From an uncultured delta proteobacterium (GTDB lineage Bacteria > Myxococcota > Myxococcia > SLRQ01), in contig CAVSGM010000001.1 in NCBI GenBank assembly GCA_963727485.1, forward strand, positions 1,188,213 through 1,252,212: 64,000 bases of DNA, in the 5' to 3' direction. Below the pieces are notes generated by a model that had not been told where the DNA came from, ran no database searches, and was given only the letters and a program-made list of their open reading frames with translations. How positions within the stretch are numbered: the stretch's first letter is position 1; each line of letters opens with the position of its first letter. This document shows, piece by piece, positions 9,743 to 21,433 of this stretch. The position numbers were made by a program, and so were the translations under genes.

Positions 9743-10941
9743 CCCCGTCCCGGGTCCAGACCGGCGCCGATCGCCTCGCCGCCGAGGGCTTCGCGCGCCT
9801 CCGGGGTCAGCGGGTGGGCCTGGTGTGCAACCACACCTCGGTGGCCGGCCCGGACCTGGTGCACCTCGCCGACCACCTCGCCGCCGCCGACGGCGTCACC
9901 CTCGCCACCCTCTTCGGCCCCGAGCACGGCATCCGCGGCGACGCCCAGGACATGATCGGCGTCGACGCCGCAATCGACGCGCGCACCGGGGTCCCGGTCG
10001 AGAGCCTCTACGGCCACGACGCCGACTCCCTCTCGCCCACCGCCGAGGGGCTCGCGGGCCTCGACGTCCTCGTCTTCGACCTCCAGGACGTGGGCAGCCG
10101 CTACTACACCTTCCAGGCGACCATGGCCCTGTGCCTGGCGGCCGCGGCGAAGGCCGGGGTCAAGGTGATGGTCCTCGATCGCCCCAACCCTCTCGGGGGC
10201 GTGGAGGTCGAGGGCGGCACCGTCGACCCCGGCTTCGAGAGCTTCGTGGGCCTCCACCCGATCCCCGTCCGCCACGGGATGACCGTCGGCGAGCTCGCGA
10301 GGTGGTACCAGGCCACCCTGAAGCTCGGGGGCGAGCTCGAGGTGGTGGAGATGACCGGCTGGCGCCGGGAGATGTCGTTCGCCGACACCGGCCTCGACTG
10401 GATCGCCCCCTCGCCCAACATGCCCACCGAGGACACCGCCTGGATCTACCCGGGGATGTGCCTGGTCGAGGGCACCGAGCTCTCCGAGGGCCGGGGCACC
10501 ACCCGGCCCTTCGAGCAGTGCGGCGCGCCCTTCGTCGACGGTCACGCCCTCGCCGCGCGCCTCGGCGAGCTCACCCGGGATCACCCGGTGGGCGAGGTGT
10601 GCCTTCGCCCCTGCACCTTCCTCCCGATGTTCCAGAAGCACGCCGGCCGCCCCTGCGGCGGGGTGTTCCTCCACGTCCGGGATCGCGCCGGCCTCAAGCC
10701 CTACCGCCTCGGCCTCCTCTTCCTGGCGGCGGTGCGCGAGCTGTGGCCCGCCGAGTTCGCCTGGCGGGCCAGGCCCTACGAGTTCGTGGGGGAGGTGCCC
10801 GCCATCGACCTGCTCACCGGCTCCGCCGACTTCCGCGCCGCCCTCGAGGGCGGGGGGGATCTGCCGGCGGTGATCGCCACCCAGGACGCCGCCGCCGCGC
10901 GCTTCGCCCGGGACCGGCGGCCCTGGCTCCTGTATCCTTGA
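9739..10941 (+). CDS. namZ: exo-beta-N-acetylmuramidase, DUF1343 family
   Basis: FGPEHG, FDLQDVGSRYYTF, DRPNPLGG, RHGMTVGELA, PSPNMPT, SEGRGTTRPFE; GTGA overlap with the upstream stop. Confidence 0.9.
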   Translation: MTPSRVQTGADRLAAEGFARLRGQRVGLVCNHTSVAGPDLVHLADHLAAADGVTLATLFGPEHGIRGDAQDMIGVDAAIDARTGVPVESLYGHDADSLSPTAEGLAGLDVLVFDLQDVGSRYYTFQATMALCLAAAAKAGVKVMVLDRPNPLGGVEVEGGTVDPGFESFVGLHPIPVRHGMTVGELARWYQATLKLGGELEVVEMTGWRREMSFADTGLDWIAPSPNMPTEDTAWIYPGMCLVEGTELSEGRGTTRPFEQCGAPFVDGHALAARLGELTRDHPVGEVCLRPCTFLPMFQKHAGRPCGGVFLHVRDRAGLKPYRLGLLFLAAVRELWPAEFAWRARPYEFVGEVPAIDLLTGSADFRAALEGGGDLPAVIATQDAAAARFARDRRPWLLYP

Positions 10942-10944
10942 GCC

Positions 10945-13512
10945 GTGGCCGGGCCGGGCGCCACCGACGAGGGACGGACCCGCGCGTCGAGGCCGGCGCC
11001 CCTGATGCTCGAGGGGTTGCCGGCGTTGGCGGCGCTCGCCGCCGACGTGTCCCGCAGCCTCGGTGAGGGGCCGGCGGAGGTGCTCCTCTACCGCCACGGG
11101 CATCGCCTCGGCCGGGCCATGGCCGTGACCCGGCCCGACGCCGCCGAGCCCCCCTCCATCCCCGGCGTGGCCGAGATCGACGCCGGCGGCCCCGAGGACG
11201 CGGCCGGGCGCGCCACCGGGCACTTCTCCCTGACCCCCGACGCCCTGCCGGCCATCGGGGGCCTGGTGGCCGGGTTCGTCGCGGGCTTCGCCACCGAGCG
11301 CGCCGGGGCCCCCCGGGTCTGCGTCGCCTCGCAGTCGGTCGCCGGCGCCTGGGGCTACCGCTGCGGTCCCCCCGAGGGGCTCGGCCCCGAGGGCGAGGCC
11401 CGGGCCGCCTGGCACCATCCCGAGGCGGTCCCCGTCGCCGCCGGGGGCGAGGTGCTCCAGGCCCGCAACGCCACCCTCGCCCGGCAGAACGCCGACCTCC
11501 GGGCCGCCTTCCTCGATCGCACCGAGTTCCTCGCCGACGTCTGCCACGAGCTGCGCACCCCCACCACCCTGATCCTCGGACCCCTCGACGAGCTCCTCGA
11601 GACCCCGGGGGCCATGGCTCCCGAGGCCCTCCGGGAGCGCCTCGGGGAGATGCGGCGGAGCGTGCTCCGGGTGATGCGCCTCGCCGACTCCATCCTCGAC
11701 CTCTCCCGTCTCGACGGGGGCCACCGGGGCCTCGCCCTGCGCCCGGTGTCGCTGGCCGCCTTCCTCGGCGACCTGGCCCAGGTCTTTCGCCGGGGCTTCG
11801 AACGCCGCCAGCTCACCCTGGAGGCCATCCTCCCCGAGGGGCTGCCGCCGGTCCCGGCGGATCCCGACGCCCTGGAGAAGATCGCCGGGAACCTCCTCTC
11901 CAACGCCATGCGCTTCACCCCGCCCGGGGGCCGGGTGACCCTGCGGCTCCGGCGCTACGGGGGTGCCCAGGTCATCGAGGTCGCCGACACCGGCCCGGGG
12001 ATCGACGACGCCGACCTGCCCCACCTCTTCGAGCGCTACCAGCGGGCGTCCGCCGTCGACGACGACGGAGGCCTGGGCATCGGCCTGGCCCTGGTCCGGG
12101 AGCTGGTGGCCCGCCTCGGCGGCGAGGTGCAGGTCCACAGCGTCGTCGGCGAGGGCACCACCTTCCGGGTCTTCCTCGGGGAGTCCCGGGCCGCGGAGAC
12201 CGGCGACCCGGTGGTCCGCGCCGCCCCCGGTGCCCACGCGGCGCTCCTCGCCGAGGCCGAGCCGACCGGTGCCGGCGCCGGCGCCGGCGCCGAGGCCCCG
12301 AGCCCGAGTCCGAGCCCGACCCCAGGCCCCGAGCCCCCGGCGAGCCGCCAGCGCATCCTCGTGGTCGAGGACAACCCCGAGGTCCGCCGCTTCCTGGTCC
12401 GCCTCCTCGGCGACACCTGGGACCTGGTCCTCGCCCGCGACGGCGTCGAGGCCCTGGCGAAGGCCGAGTCCACGCCCCCGGACCTGATCCTCGCCGACGT
12501 GATGATGCCCCGGATGGACGGGCTCACCCTCACCAGCCGCCTCCGGGCCCGCCCCGGGACCCGGGACGTCCCGGTGGTCCTCCTCACCGCCCGGGGGGAG
12601 CTGGAGCACCGTCTCCGGGGCTTCGACGCCGGGGCCGACGACTACGTGATCAAGCCCTTCGCGGGCCGGGAGCTGGTGGCACGCCTCCGGGTCCACCTGG
12701 CCCTGCGCGCCGCCCAGGCCGAGCTCCGGGACTACGCCGGCCGCCTCGAGCGCCTGGTGGACGAGCAGGTCGGGCGCATCCGCGACCAGAACCGGCGCCT
12801 CGCCCGGGCCAACCGCGAGCTCGAGGACTTCCTCACCATCGCCAGCCACGATCTCAAGTCGCCCCTGGTGTCCATCGCCGGGTTCACCGCCATCCTCGAG
12901 GAGAGCCTGGGGGCGAGCTCGGCGCCGCCGGTGCGCCTCGCCCTCGACCGCATCGCCTTCAACATCGACTGGATGCAGCGCCTCATCGGCGGGCTGCTCT
13001 CCCTGGCCTCGGTGCGGGCCGGCGACGCGGCGGTGGCGCAGGTGGCGATCCCGGATCTCCTGGAGCGGGTGCGGCGGCGGATGCAGCCGGCGGTGGAGGC
13101 GGTGGGCGGGCTCCTCGAGGTCCACCCGGTGGCGGGCCGGTGCCAGGCGGACCCGGCGCGCCTCGAGGAGGCGCTGGCGAACCTGGTGGAGAACTCGGTG
13201 AAGTACCGGGATCCCAAGCGGCCCCTGCGGGTCACCCTCCTCGCCCGGCGCGCCGGCGACCGGCTCCACCTCGAGGTCGCCGACAACGGCCTGGGCATCG
13301 ACGCCGCCCACCACGAGCGGGTGTTCCAGCCCCTCTTCCGCCTCGGGGGCGGGGTGGGGCAGGGGTCGGGGCTGGGGCTCTACATCGTTCGCCGGGTGAT
13401 GGAGGAGGCCGGGGGCCGGGCGTGGGTCACCAGCACCCCCGGCGCCGGCGCCACCCTGCACCTGGAGCTGCCCGAGACCGGCGGCGAGGAGGCCCCCGAT
13501 GCCCGGCCGTGA
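10945..13512 (+). CDS. hybrid histidine kinase: degenerate V4R-like sensor, HisKA-HATPase, REC, second HisKA-HATPase
   Basis: CHELRTP and SHDLKSP H-boxes, two N/G-box sets, receiver VVEDN/DVMMP/KPF; start uncertain. Confidence 0.88.
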   Translation: MAGPGATDEGRTRASRPAPLMLEGLPALAALAADVSRSLGEGPAEVLLYRHGHRLGRAMAVTRPDAAEPPSIPGVAEIDAGGPEDAAGRATGHFSLTPDALPAIGGLVAGFVAGFATERAGAPRVCVASQSVAGAWGYRCGPPEGLGPEGEARAAWHHPEAVPVAAGGEVLQARNATLARQNADLRAAFLDRTEFLADVCHELRTPTTLILGPLDELLETPGAMAPEALRERLGEMRRSVLRVMRLADSILDLSRLDGGHRGLALRPVSLAAFLGDLAQVFRRGFERRQLTLEAILPEGLPPVPADPDALEKIAGNLLSNAMRFTPPGGRVTLRLRRYGGAQVIEVADTGPGIDDADLPHLFERYQRASAVDDDGGLGIGLALVRELVARLGGEVQVHSVVGEGTTFRVFLGESRAAETGDPVVRAAPGAHAALLAEAEPTGAGAGAGAEAPSPSPSPTPGPEPPASRQRILVVEDNPEVRRFLVRLLGDTWDLVLARDGVEALAKAESTPPDLILADVMMPRMDGLTLTSRLRARPGTRDVPVVLLTARGELEHRLRGFDAGADDYVIKPFAGRELVARLRVHLALRAAQAELRDYAGRLERLVDEQVGRIRDQNRRLARANRELEDFLTIASHDLKSPLVSIAGFTAILEESLGASSAPPVRLALDRIAFNIDWMQRLIGGLLSLASVRAGDAAVAQVAIPDLLERVRRRMQPAVEAVGGLLEVHPVAGRCQADPARLEEALANLVENSVKYRDPKRPLRVTLLARRAGDRLHLEVADNGLGIDAAHHERVFQPLFRLGGGVGQGSGLGLYIVRRVMEEAGGRAWVTSTPGAGATLHLELPETGGEEAPDARP

Positions 13513-14059
13513 GATCGCCCTCTTCGGCGGGTCCTTCAACCCGCCCCACCTCGGCCACCTCTTCGTCCTCACCCAGGTGCTGGCCACCGAGCCGGTGGAC
13601 GAGGTGTGGCTGGTGCCCACCCACACCCACGCCTTCGGCAAGGACCTGGCGCCGTTTCCCCTGCGGCTGGCCATGTGCCGGGCGGTGGCCGAGCTCTTCG
13701 GCGACCGGGTGCGCGCCTGCTCGGTGGAGGGGGACCTCGCCCGGCAGGGGCGGGAGAACCGCACCGTCGACACCCTGGAGCACCTCGCCTCGGCGCACCC
13801 CGACAGCCGCTTCGCCCTGGTCCTGGGCACCGACCTCCTCGACGAGGTCGACCGCTGGAAGCGCCCCGACCGCCTCCGGGACCTGGCGCGGTTCATCGTG
13901 GTCAACCGCGCCGGCTTCGAGCGCGCCGACGCCGGTCCGGTGATCCCCGATGTGTCCTCCACCTGGATCCGCGCCGAGCTCGCCCGGGGCGGCGACGTCT
14001 CCCGCTTCGTCCCCCGGGCGGCCCTGGAGCTCATCGCCCGGGAGGGGCTCTACGGGTAG
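13499..14059 (+). CDS. nadD: nicotinate-nucleotide adenylyltransferase
   Basis: GGSFNPPHLGH, VSSTWIR, IAREGLY. Confidence 0.92.
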   Translation: MPGREIALFGGSFNPPHLGHLFVLTQVLATEPVDEVWLVPTHTHAFGKDLAPFPLRLAMCRAVAELFGDRVRACSVEGDLARQGRENRTVDTLEHLASAHPDSRFALVLGTDLLDEVDRWKRPDRLRDLARFIVVNRAGFERADAGPVIPDVSSTWIRAELARGGDVSRFVPRAALELIAREGLYG

Positions 14060-14164
14060 GCCGGGCGGCGCCCGGCGGCGCGGCCCCGGCGACGATCCCC
14101 GCCCCCGTCGCCACCGTCTTGTTGGTTGCATCCGGGCGGCGTTCTGGGGATCCTCCGCGCCGGC

Positions 14165-15002
14165 ATGACCCCCCTCGTCTTCACCCTCCTCGTCGCCGTC
14201 GGAATCCTTCGGGGCCGGGTTCCTGGGGAGCCTGGTGGGCATGGGCGGGGGCGTGGTCATCGTGCCCATGCTGGTGGTGCTCATGGGCATCGACGTCCAC
14301 TACGCCATGGGCGCGGCCCTGGTCTCGGTGATCGCCACCTCGTCGGGGGCCGCCTCGGCCTACGTGAAGGAGGGCTTCACCAACCTGCGCATCGGGATGT
14401 TCCTGGAGGTGGCCACCACCCTCGGCGCCCTGGTCGGGGCCACGTTGGTGCAGTACCTCCCAGCAAGGATCATCGCCCTCATCTTCGGGCTCTTCCTCGC
14501 CTACACCACCTGGTCGAGCCTCCACCCGCCGCCCGACGGGGCCATCACCGAGCCGGTCGATCCCCTCGCCGAGCGCCTCAAGCTGCGGGGCCACTACCCG
14601 ACCGCCGAGGGGCCGCAGGCCTACCACGGCCGGCGGGTGCTCGGCGGCTTCGGGGTGATGTTCATCGCCGGCAACCTCTCGGGGCTGCTGGGCGCCGGCG
14701 CCGGGGCCTTCAAGGTCATCGCCATGGACCAGGTGATGCGCCTGCCCTTCAAGGTCTCGACGACCACCAGCAACTTCATGATCGGCGTCACCGCCGCGGC
14801 GAGCGCCGGCATCTACCTCTCCCACGGCTACATCGACGCGGCGCTCGCGGCGCCGGTGACCCTGGGGGTCCTCGGGGGGAGCTTCCTCGGGGCGCGGATC
14901 CTCCCCGGCGCCAAGAGCCACCGCCTGCGCCTCCTCTTCGCCGCGGTCACCGCCGTCCTCGCGGTGGAGATGATCCTCCGGGGCGTGCGAGGTGGCCTGT
15001 GA
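14165..15002 (+). CDS. sulfite exporter TauE/SafE family; one extra base at about 14203
   Basis: GSLVGMGGGVVIVP and LPFKVSTTTSNFMIGVTAAASA; ATG 14165 joins the main frame if GAATC (14202-14206) is GATC. Confidence 0.87.
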
Positions 15003-15397
15003 GCGCTCGCCCGGCCCTCGAGGAGGAGGCGGAGCTCCACCGGACCGAGGTCCTGGTCTCCACGGTGCTGCGCATCGGGGTGCTGGTCTCGGCGGCCCTG
15101 GTGGCGGTGGGCCTGGGGATCCACCTCGCCCGGGGCGGCACCGATCCGAAGATCTTCGATCACTTCTCCCGCGTCCCCTTCGACCTCGAGCACCTCGGGG
15201 GGATGGCGAGGGGCATCGCCCACCTCCGGGGGCGATCAATCATCCAGCTGGGGCTCCTGGTGCTCATCGCCACCCCGGTGGTGCGGGTGGCGATGTCCGT
15301 GGGCGTGTTCCTCCGGGAGCGGGACGGGACCTACATCGTGATCACGCTCATCGTCCTCGGGGCGCTCCTCTTCAGCCTCACCGCCAGCCTGAGGTAG
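14999..15397 (+). CDS. DUF1634 family membrane protein
   Basis: LRIGVLVS and GLLVLIATPVVRV motifs; usual partner of TauE; GTGA overlap. Confidence 0.85.
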   Translation: MSARPALEEEAELHRTEVLVSTVLRIGVLVSAALVAVGLGIHLARGGTDPKIFDHFSRVPFDLEHLGGMARGIAHLRGRSIIQLGLLVLIATPVVRVAMSVGVFLRERDGTYIVITLIVLGALLFSLTASLR

Positions 15398-15594
15398 GCG
15401 GGCGCCACCCGACCCGGGACCGGGCGGGATCCGCCTGCCGGGGTGGCCACCGCCCCGGGCTTGACCGCCCCGGTGGTGCAAGGGCTGCAGCGTTTGGGCG
15501 GTGCGGCTGCGCCGCCAGGGCGACAAGGTCCCCAGGACCGGGCCGGCCGGGACCCCACCGGCCCCGAAACCGCCCCCGCGCGGGCCCCCGCGGA

Positions 15595-15609
15595 TGGCAC
15601 CGCCCTTGC
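15595..15609 (+). promoter_or_regulatory. sigma54 (-24/-12) promoter
   Basis: Exact TGGCAC-N5-TTGC, 37 nt upstream of ATG 15647, with GAGGAGG RBS between. Confidence 0.75.
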
Positions 15610-15646
15610 GTCCGGTAGGGGCAATTGCGCCACCGAGGAGGCGACC

Positions 15647-16966
15647 ATGAAGCGCCCAGGCGTCGAGACGCCAAGCCACAACGGCGGCCCGCCCCCAGCC
15701 GGTCCGGAGGGGGTCCCGGCCGGGAGGATCCCGCGACCGGCGTTCGAGGCGCCGGGCCCGGACGCCCAGGTCCTCACCGCCCTCGACCTCGACACCCCCC
15801 GGGCTCGCGGGCGCCGGCGCCGCCGGTGGCTCATCGCCGCGGCGGTGGTCGTCGCCCTCGCCGGGGGCACCATCGCCGTCGTCCGCCTCACCCGCCCCAA
15901 GCCGCCGTCGTACCAGACCGAGGCCGTGCGCCGGGGGGCGCTGACGGTCACCGTCTCCGCCACCGGCACGGTGCAGCCGCGCAACGTGGTGCAGGTGGGC
16001 GCCGAGATCAACGGTCGCGTGGACCGGGTCCTGGTGGACTTCAACGACCGGGTGAAGAAGGGCCAGGTCCTCGCCCGCATCGACACCGACCAGCTCCAGG
16101 CGCGCCTCCAGCAGGCCCGCGCCCACCTCGTCGCCGCCCGGGCCGCGGTGGTCCAAGCCCGGGCCACCGCCGCCGAGGCCGACACCGTCCTCGCCCGGGC
16201 GAAGGCCCTGGTGACCAGCGGCAGCGCCGCCACCCAGCAGCAGGACACCGCCACCGCCGCCGCCGCCCGGGCCCGGGCCGCGGTGGCCACCGCCCGGGCC
16301 AACGTCACCGTCGCCCGGGCCGAGGTCGACGCCGCCCAGACCGCCCGCGCCAAGGCCACCATCCGGGCCCCCATCGACGGCATCGTCCTCACCCGGACCG
16401 TGGAGCCCGGCCAGACGGTCATCGCCGCCCTCCAGGCGCCGGTGCTCTTCGTCCTCGCCGAGGACCTCGACCACATGGAGCTCGACGTGCAGGTGGACGA
16501 GGCCGACGTGGGCAAGGTGGCCCCCGGGCAGCACGCCACCTTCACCGTGGACGCCTGGCCCGGCACCACCTTCGACGCCACGGTGGAGGCAGTGCACAAC
16601 GCCCCCACCACGGTGCAGGGGGTGGTGACCTACGAGGCGGTGCTGGCGGTGGCCAACGACAAGCGCCTCCTGCGGCCGGGGATGACCGCCACCGCCACCA
16701 TCGTCACCGACACCCGGGAGAACGCCCTCCTGGTCCAAAGCGCCGCCCTGCGCTTCGTGCCCCCGGGGGTCACCGAGGATCTCGAGGCGCGCCGGGAGGA
16801 CCGGGTCTACGTGCTCCGGGACGGGGCGCCGGCGCGGGTCCCGGTGAAGGTCGGGCCGAGCGACGGCGAGCGCACCGCCCTCGAGGGGGACGCCCTGAAG
16901 CCCGGGGACGAGGTGGTCCTCGACGTGGTCCGCGCGGCCCGGAAGCCGGCGAGGACGCCCCCGTGA
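15647..16966 (+). CDS. efflux periplasmic adaptor (MacA-like membrane fusion protein)
   Basis: TM anchor, VSATGTVQP, VKKGQVLARID, IRAPIDGIV, VDEADVG, LRPGMTA. Confidence 0.92.
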   Translation: MKRPGVETPSHNGGPPPAGPEGVPAGRIPRPAFEAPGPDAQVLTALDLDTPRARGRRRRRWLIAAAVVVALAGGTIAVVRLTRPKPPSYQTEAVRRGALTVTVSATGTVQPRNVVQVGAEINGRVDRVLVDFNDRVKKGQVLARIDTDQLQARLQQARAHLVAARAAVVQARATAAEADTVLARAKALVTSGSAATQQQDTATAAAARARAAVATARANVTVARAEVDAAQTARAKATIRAPIDGIVLTRTVEPGQTVIAALQAPVLFVLAEDLDHMELDVQVDEADVGKVAPGQHATFTVDAWPGTTFDATVEAVHNAPTTVQGVVTYEAVLAVANDKRLLRPGMTATATIVTDTRENALLVQSAALRFVPPGVTEDLEARREDRVYVLRDGAPARVPVKVGPSDGERTALEGDALKPGDEVVLDVVRAARKPARTPP

Positions 16967-17729
16967 CCGGCGCGCCCCTCATCCGCCTCGAGGGCGTGTG
17001 GAAGACCTACGGCGAAGGCGACATCGCCGTCCACGCCCTCGCCGGCATCGATCTCGCCGTGGACGACGGGGAGTTCCTGTCGATCATGGGCCCGAGCGGC
17101 TCCGGGAAGTCGACCTGCATGAACATCCTCGGCTGCCTCGACGTGCCGACCAGCGGCCACTACCGGTTCCGGGGGGTGGAGGTGGGTGAGCTCGACCGGG
17201 ACCGCCTGGCGCTGCTCCGCCGTCACTACCTGGGCTTCGTGTTCCAGGGCTACAACCTCCTGCCGCGGACCAGCGCCCTGGAGAACGTGGAGATGCCGCT
17301 GCTCTACCGGGGCTTCTCCGCCGGCGAGCGCCACCGCCTCGCCCGGGCCGCCCTGGAGGCGGTGGGCCTCCTCGACCGGGCCCGGCACACCCCCGGCGAG
17401 CTCTCCGGGGGCCAGCAGCAGCGGGTCGCCATCGCCCGGGCCATCGTCACCGAGCCGGCGGTCCTCCTCGCCGACGAGCCCACCGGGAACCTCGACACGG
17501 CCAAGAGCCTGGAGCTCCTCGGGCTCCTGGGCCGCCTCAACCGCGACCGGGGGATCACCATCGTCATGGTCACCCACGAGCCCGAGCTCGCGGCGCTCAC
17601 CCACCGGATCGTCGGCTTCCGGGACGGGCAGGTGATCGCCGACGGGGCGCCTCCGCCGCCGACCCCGGGGCTGCCGGCCACCGGGGGGCCGCCGACGCCG
17701 GGCCCGTCGTCCCCCGAGGAGGCCCGCTG

Positions 17730-17730
<1 letters not shown>
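16963..17730 (+). CDS. ABC transporter ATP-binding protein (MacB/LolD-type)
   Basis: [37 protein letters not shown]. Confidence 0.93.
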
Positions 17731-18935
<1,205 letters not shown>

Positions 18936-19039
18936 ACGCCCGGTGGCCGTGCCGCCGGAACCTCCGGTAGACCGTTCTGCGTCTCCAACACCTGGGCTTG
19001 ACCCGGTTTCGCGGACTCCCTCAGGCCATCATCGCCTGA

Positions 19040-19368
19040 TCTCGGGTGTCCACCAAACCGGGGCAGGCCCACGCGTGAAGGTCGTCTTGGTGTGGGACTC
19101 TACCTCCACGTGTTCCGCTACGGGCACGAACCCGGACACTGGGGGGTCGATTTGCACTGCTTGGTCCTCCGATACGCTCGACGCAGACATGGATCTCCAG
19201 GTCTATGATGCGAACAATAACTTGGTCGCCCAGTCGGACTCGTACGACAACAACTACGAAACCGTTGATGTGCCCGTGACGCAGGGGGAGAGCCTGTACT
19301 TCCGCATCCACCTGTACCAAGCAAATGCGACGTGGACCTACCTTTCGTTGGCGTTTTATCGCTACTAG
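19040..19368 (+). pseudogene. orphan C-terminal fragment resembling the beta-sandwich tail of secreted subtilase-type proteases
   Basis: RVKVVLVWDS...DMDLQVYD...VAQSDSYDNNYETV; no credible start or signal peptide; atypical codon usage; 5' boundary approximate. Confidence 0.5.
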
Positions 19369-19383
19369 CCGGTGAGGTGCACC

Positions 19384-20274
19384 ATGTTGAAGAATGGCAT
19401 GCAGTTCGCACTCATTCTCTTGTTTGGAGTGGCCGCAGCGTGTGGCTCGGCGGCGGCGGCGGATCCGGCGTACGTCACAGCCGTCCAGGCGGCCGTGACC
19501 GAGGCCACCGGGCCCTGTAGCCGGGGAATCGTCGTGAGCGGCCAGATCTCCTTCGATCTCTCGAAGATGGCGGAGGCGGGGCACACCATCGTGTGGTCGA
19601 CCGACGCTGGGAGCTTCAGCGATCCTGGCGCTTGGCGTACGACGTGGACTGCTCCGGCCGCGGCCGGCACCGCTACGCTGAAGGTCACCGTCCTCCAAGG
19701 CGACCAGACGCTCTACACCCATCACTGGGGCGTTTCCGTCCTGGCGACCCAGGCGGATCTCGACGCCTACGTGGCGAGCTGCAAGCCCCCGCCGACGTCC
19801 CTGCCGCCGCTGACAACCGTCGCCACCACCAGCAATCCGGCGACGGGGCTCACGGTCACCCTGCAGGCCAGCGCCACCCACGTCGCCGTCGGCGGCTGGT
19901 TGACGACCAGCCTCACCGCCACCAACGACGGCAGCAGCGACGTGACCGTCCTCGACTGCTACCGCGACACCTACCACGTGTACCTGCGCCAACCGGATGG
20001 CACGGAGCTCGGCCAGGCGAACTGCGACGCGCCCGCGGTCTACTGCGCCGGCAATACCCTAACGCTGCACCCGGGGGACAGCATCGAGGCGCAGGTGCCC
20101 CACGAGCTGCGCTTCGGCGCGAGCGCCACCGGCTGCGGCAACGTCGGTCCCTCCATGGGCCTCTCGGTCACCGCCGACGCCGGGACCTACGACCTCGTGG
20201 CGGCGGTGGACCTGCCGCCGTCGGGCTCGGGCAAGGACGTCGAGGTCAAGGCGACACTCCAGGTCGGGCCGTAG
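19384..20274 (+). CDS. lipoprotein with Ig-like domains (C-terminal BsuPI-like)
   Basis: GAGG RBS; lipobox VAAAC; WTAPAAAGT Ig-like motif; LTATNDG...LTLHPGDS...AGTYDL. Confidence 0.7.
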   Translation: MLKNGMQFALILLFGVAAACGSAAAADPAYVTAVQAAVTEATGPCSRGIVVSGQISFDLSKMAEAGHTIVWSTDAGSFSDPGAWRTTWTAPAAAGTATLKVTVLQGDQTLYTHHWGVSVLATQADLDAYVASCKPPPTSLPPLTTVATTSNPATGLTVTLQASATHVAVGGWLTTSLTATNDGSSDVTVLDCYRDTYHVYLRQPDGTELGQANCDAPAVYCAGNTLTLHPGDSIEAQVPHELRFGASATGCGNVGPSMGLSVTADAGTYDLVAAVDLPPSGSGKDVEVKATLQVGP

Positions 20275-20521
20275 GCAGCGCGCGGCGCTCGGGCCATTGG
20301 CAAACTGCTCTGCGTCCTTTGCGCCACCACGGGCCACTTGGCCGTCGGGCGGGAGCGTTGCGGGAGGCCTTCTCGCACGAAGCTCGCCACGCTTTCGCAA
20401 TTCCAGCTCCCACCCCATGCCAGCAGTCCGAAGGACAGCCCGCCGCGCGCCACCTGTTGGACGCGGTCCCACATCACATCAAACGGCACAGGTGGGCCTG
20501 CGCCGGTTTGGTGGGTAGCCC

Positions 20522-21425
20522 CTACCGGTGCCGCTTGAGGACCCGGCGCACCGCCCGGCTGTCGCCGCCGCGCCGGTCCACCAGGTCGGCGGAGCGCTCC
20601 ACCAGGGCCCGGTAGAGGTCCCGGGCGGTTGCCGGGAGGCCGGCGAGGGCCTCGAGGTGGGCCTCGATCACCTTGGCGTCGCCCCGGGCCACCGGGCCGG
20701 TGAGGGCCGCCGCCGGGTCGCCGGTGCGGGCGAGGTTCGCCAGGCTCCCCCGGGCCAGGGCCGCCAGCCCGTCCACCGCGTCGGCGGGGTCGAGGCCCGC
20801 GGCGGCGGCGATCTCCAGGGACAGATCCATGAGGGCCACCAGGTGCCCGGCGGCGGTGACCGCCGCGGCGTGGTACCGGGCCCGGACGTGGGGGCCCGCC
20901 GGGAGGGTCACCGGGCGCATCTTCAGGCCCCGGGCGATCCGGGTGAGGGCGGCGCGCACCCCGTCGTCCCCGTCGACCACCGCCAGCGAGCCGGGGAAGG
21001 CCTCGGCGGCCTTCCGGGGATCGGAGAACGCCTGGAGGGGGTGCAGCGAGCCGGTGCGGGCGCCAGCGGCGGCGGCGGGCGCGAGCGGCGAGAGGTCGAG
21101 GCTCCCGGAGCAGTGGGCCACCACCTGCCCCTCGGTGAAGCGGCCCTCGCCGGCGAGGCGGTCGCGAGATCTCGGCCACCGCGTCGTCGGGGACGGTGAG
21201 GAGGACGAGGTCGGCGGTGGCGATGGACTTGGGGAAGCGCGCCGAGGCCGCGGGGGCGCCGGTCCGGCGGCGGGCGCGGCGGGCGGCGGTGGGGGTGCGG
21301 CTCCAGGTGCCCAGCACCCGGATGCCCAGGCGGGGCAGGGCGACGGCCAGCCCGGTTCCCACCCGGCCGGCGCCGATCACGAAGGCGCTGCGCACCCTCG
21401 GTGCGGCCGGTGCCGAACGGGCCAT
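20522..21425 (-). CDS. Rossmann-like/DUF2520 oxidoreductase (PanG-like); one extra base at about 21167
   Basis: IGAGRVG, VPDDAV, HCSGS, SLHPLQAF, YHAAAV, ALTGPVARGD; two frames join next to GATC 21168-21171. Confidence 0.87.
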
Positions 21426-21433
21426 GGCGGTGC

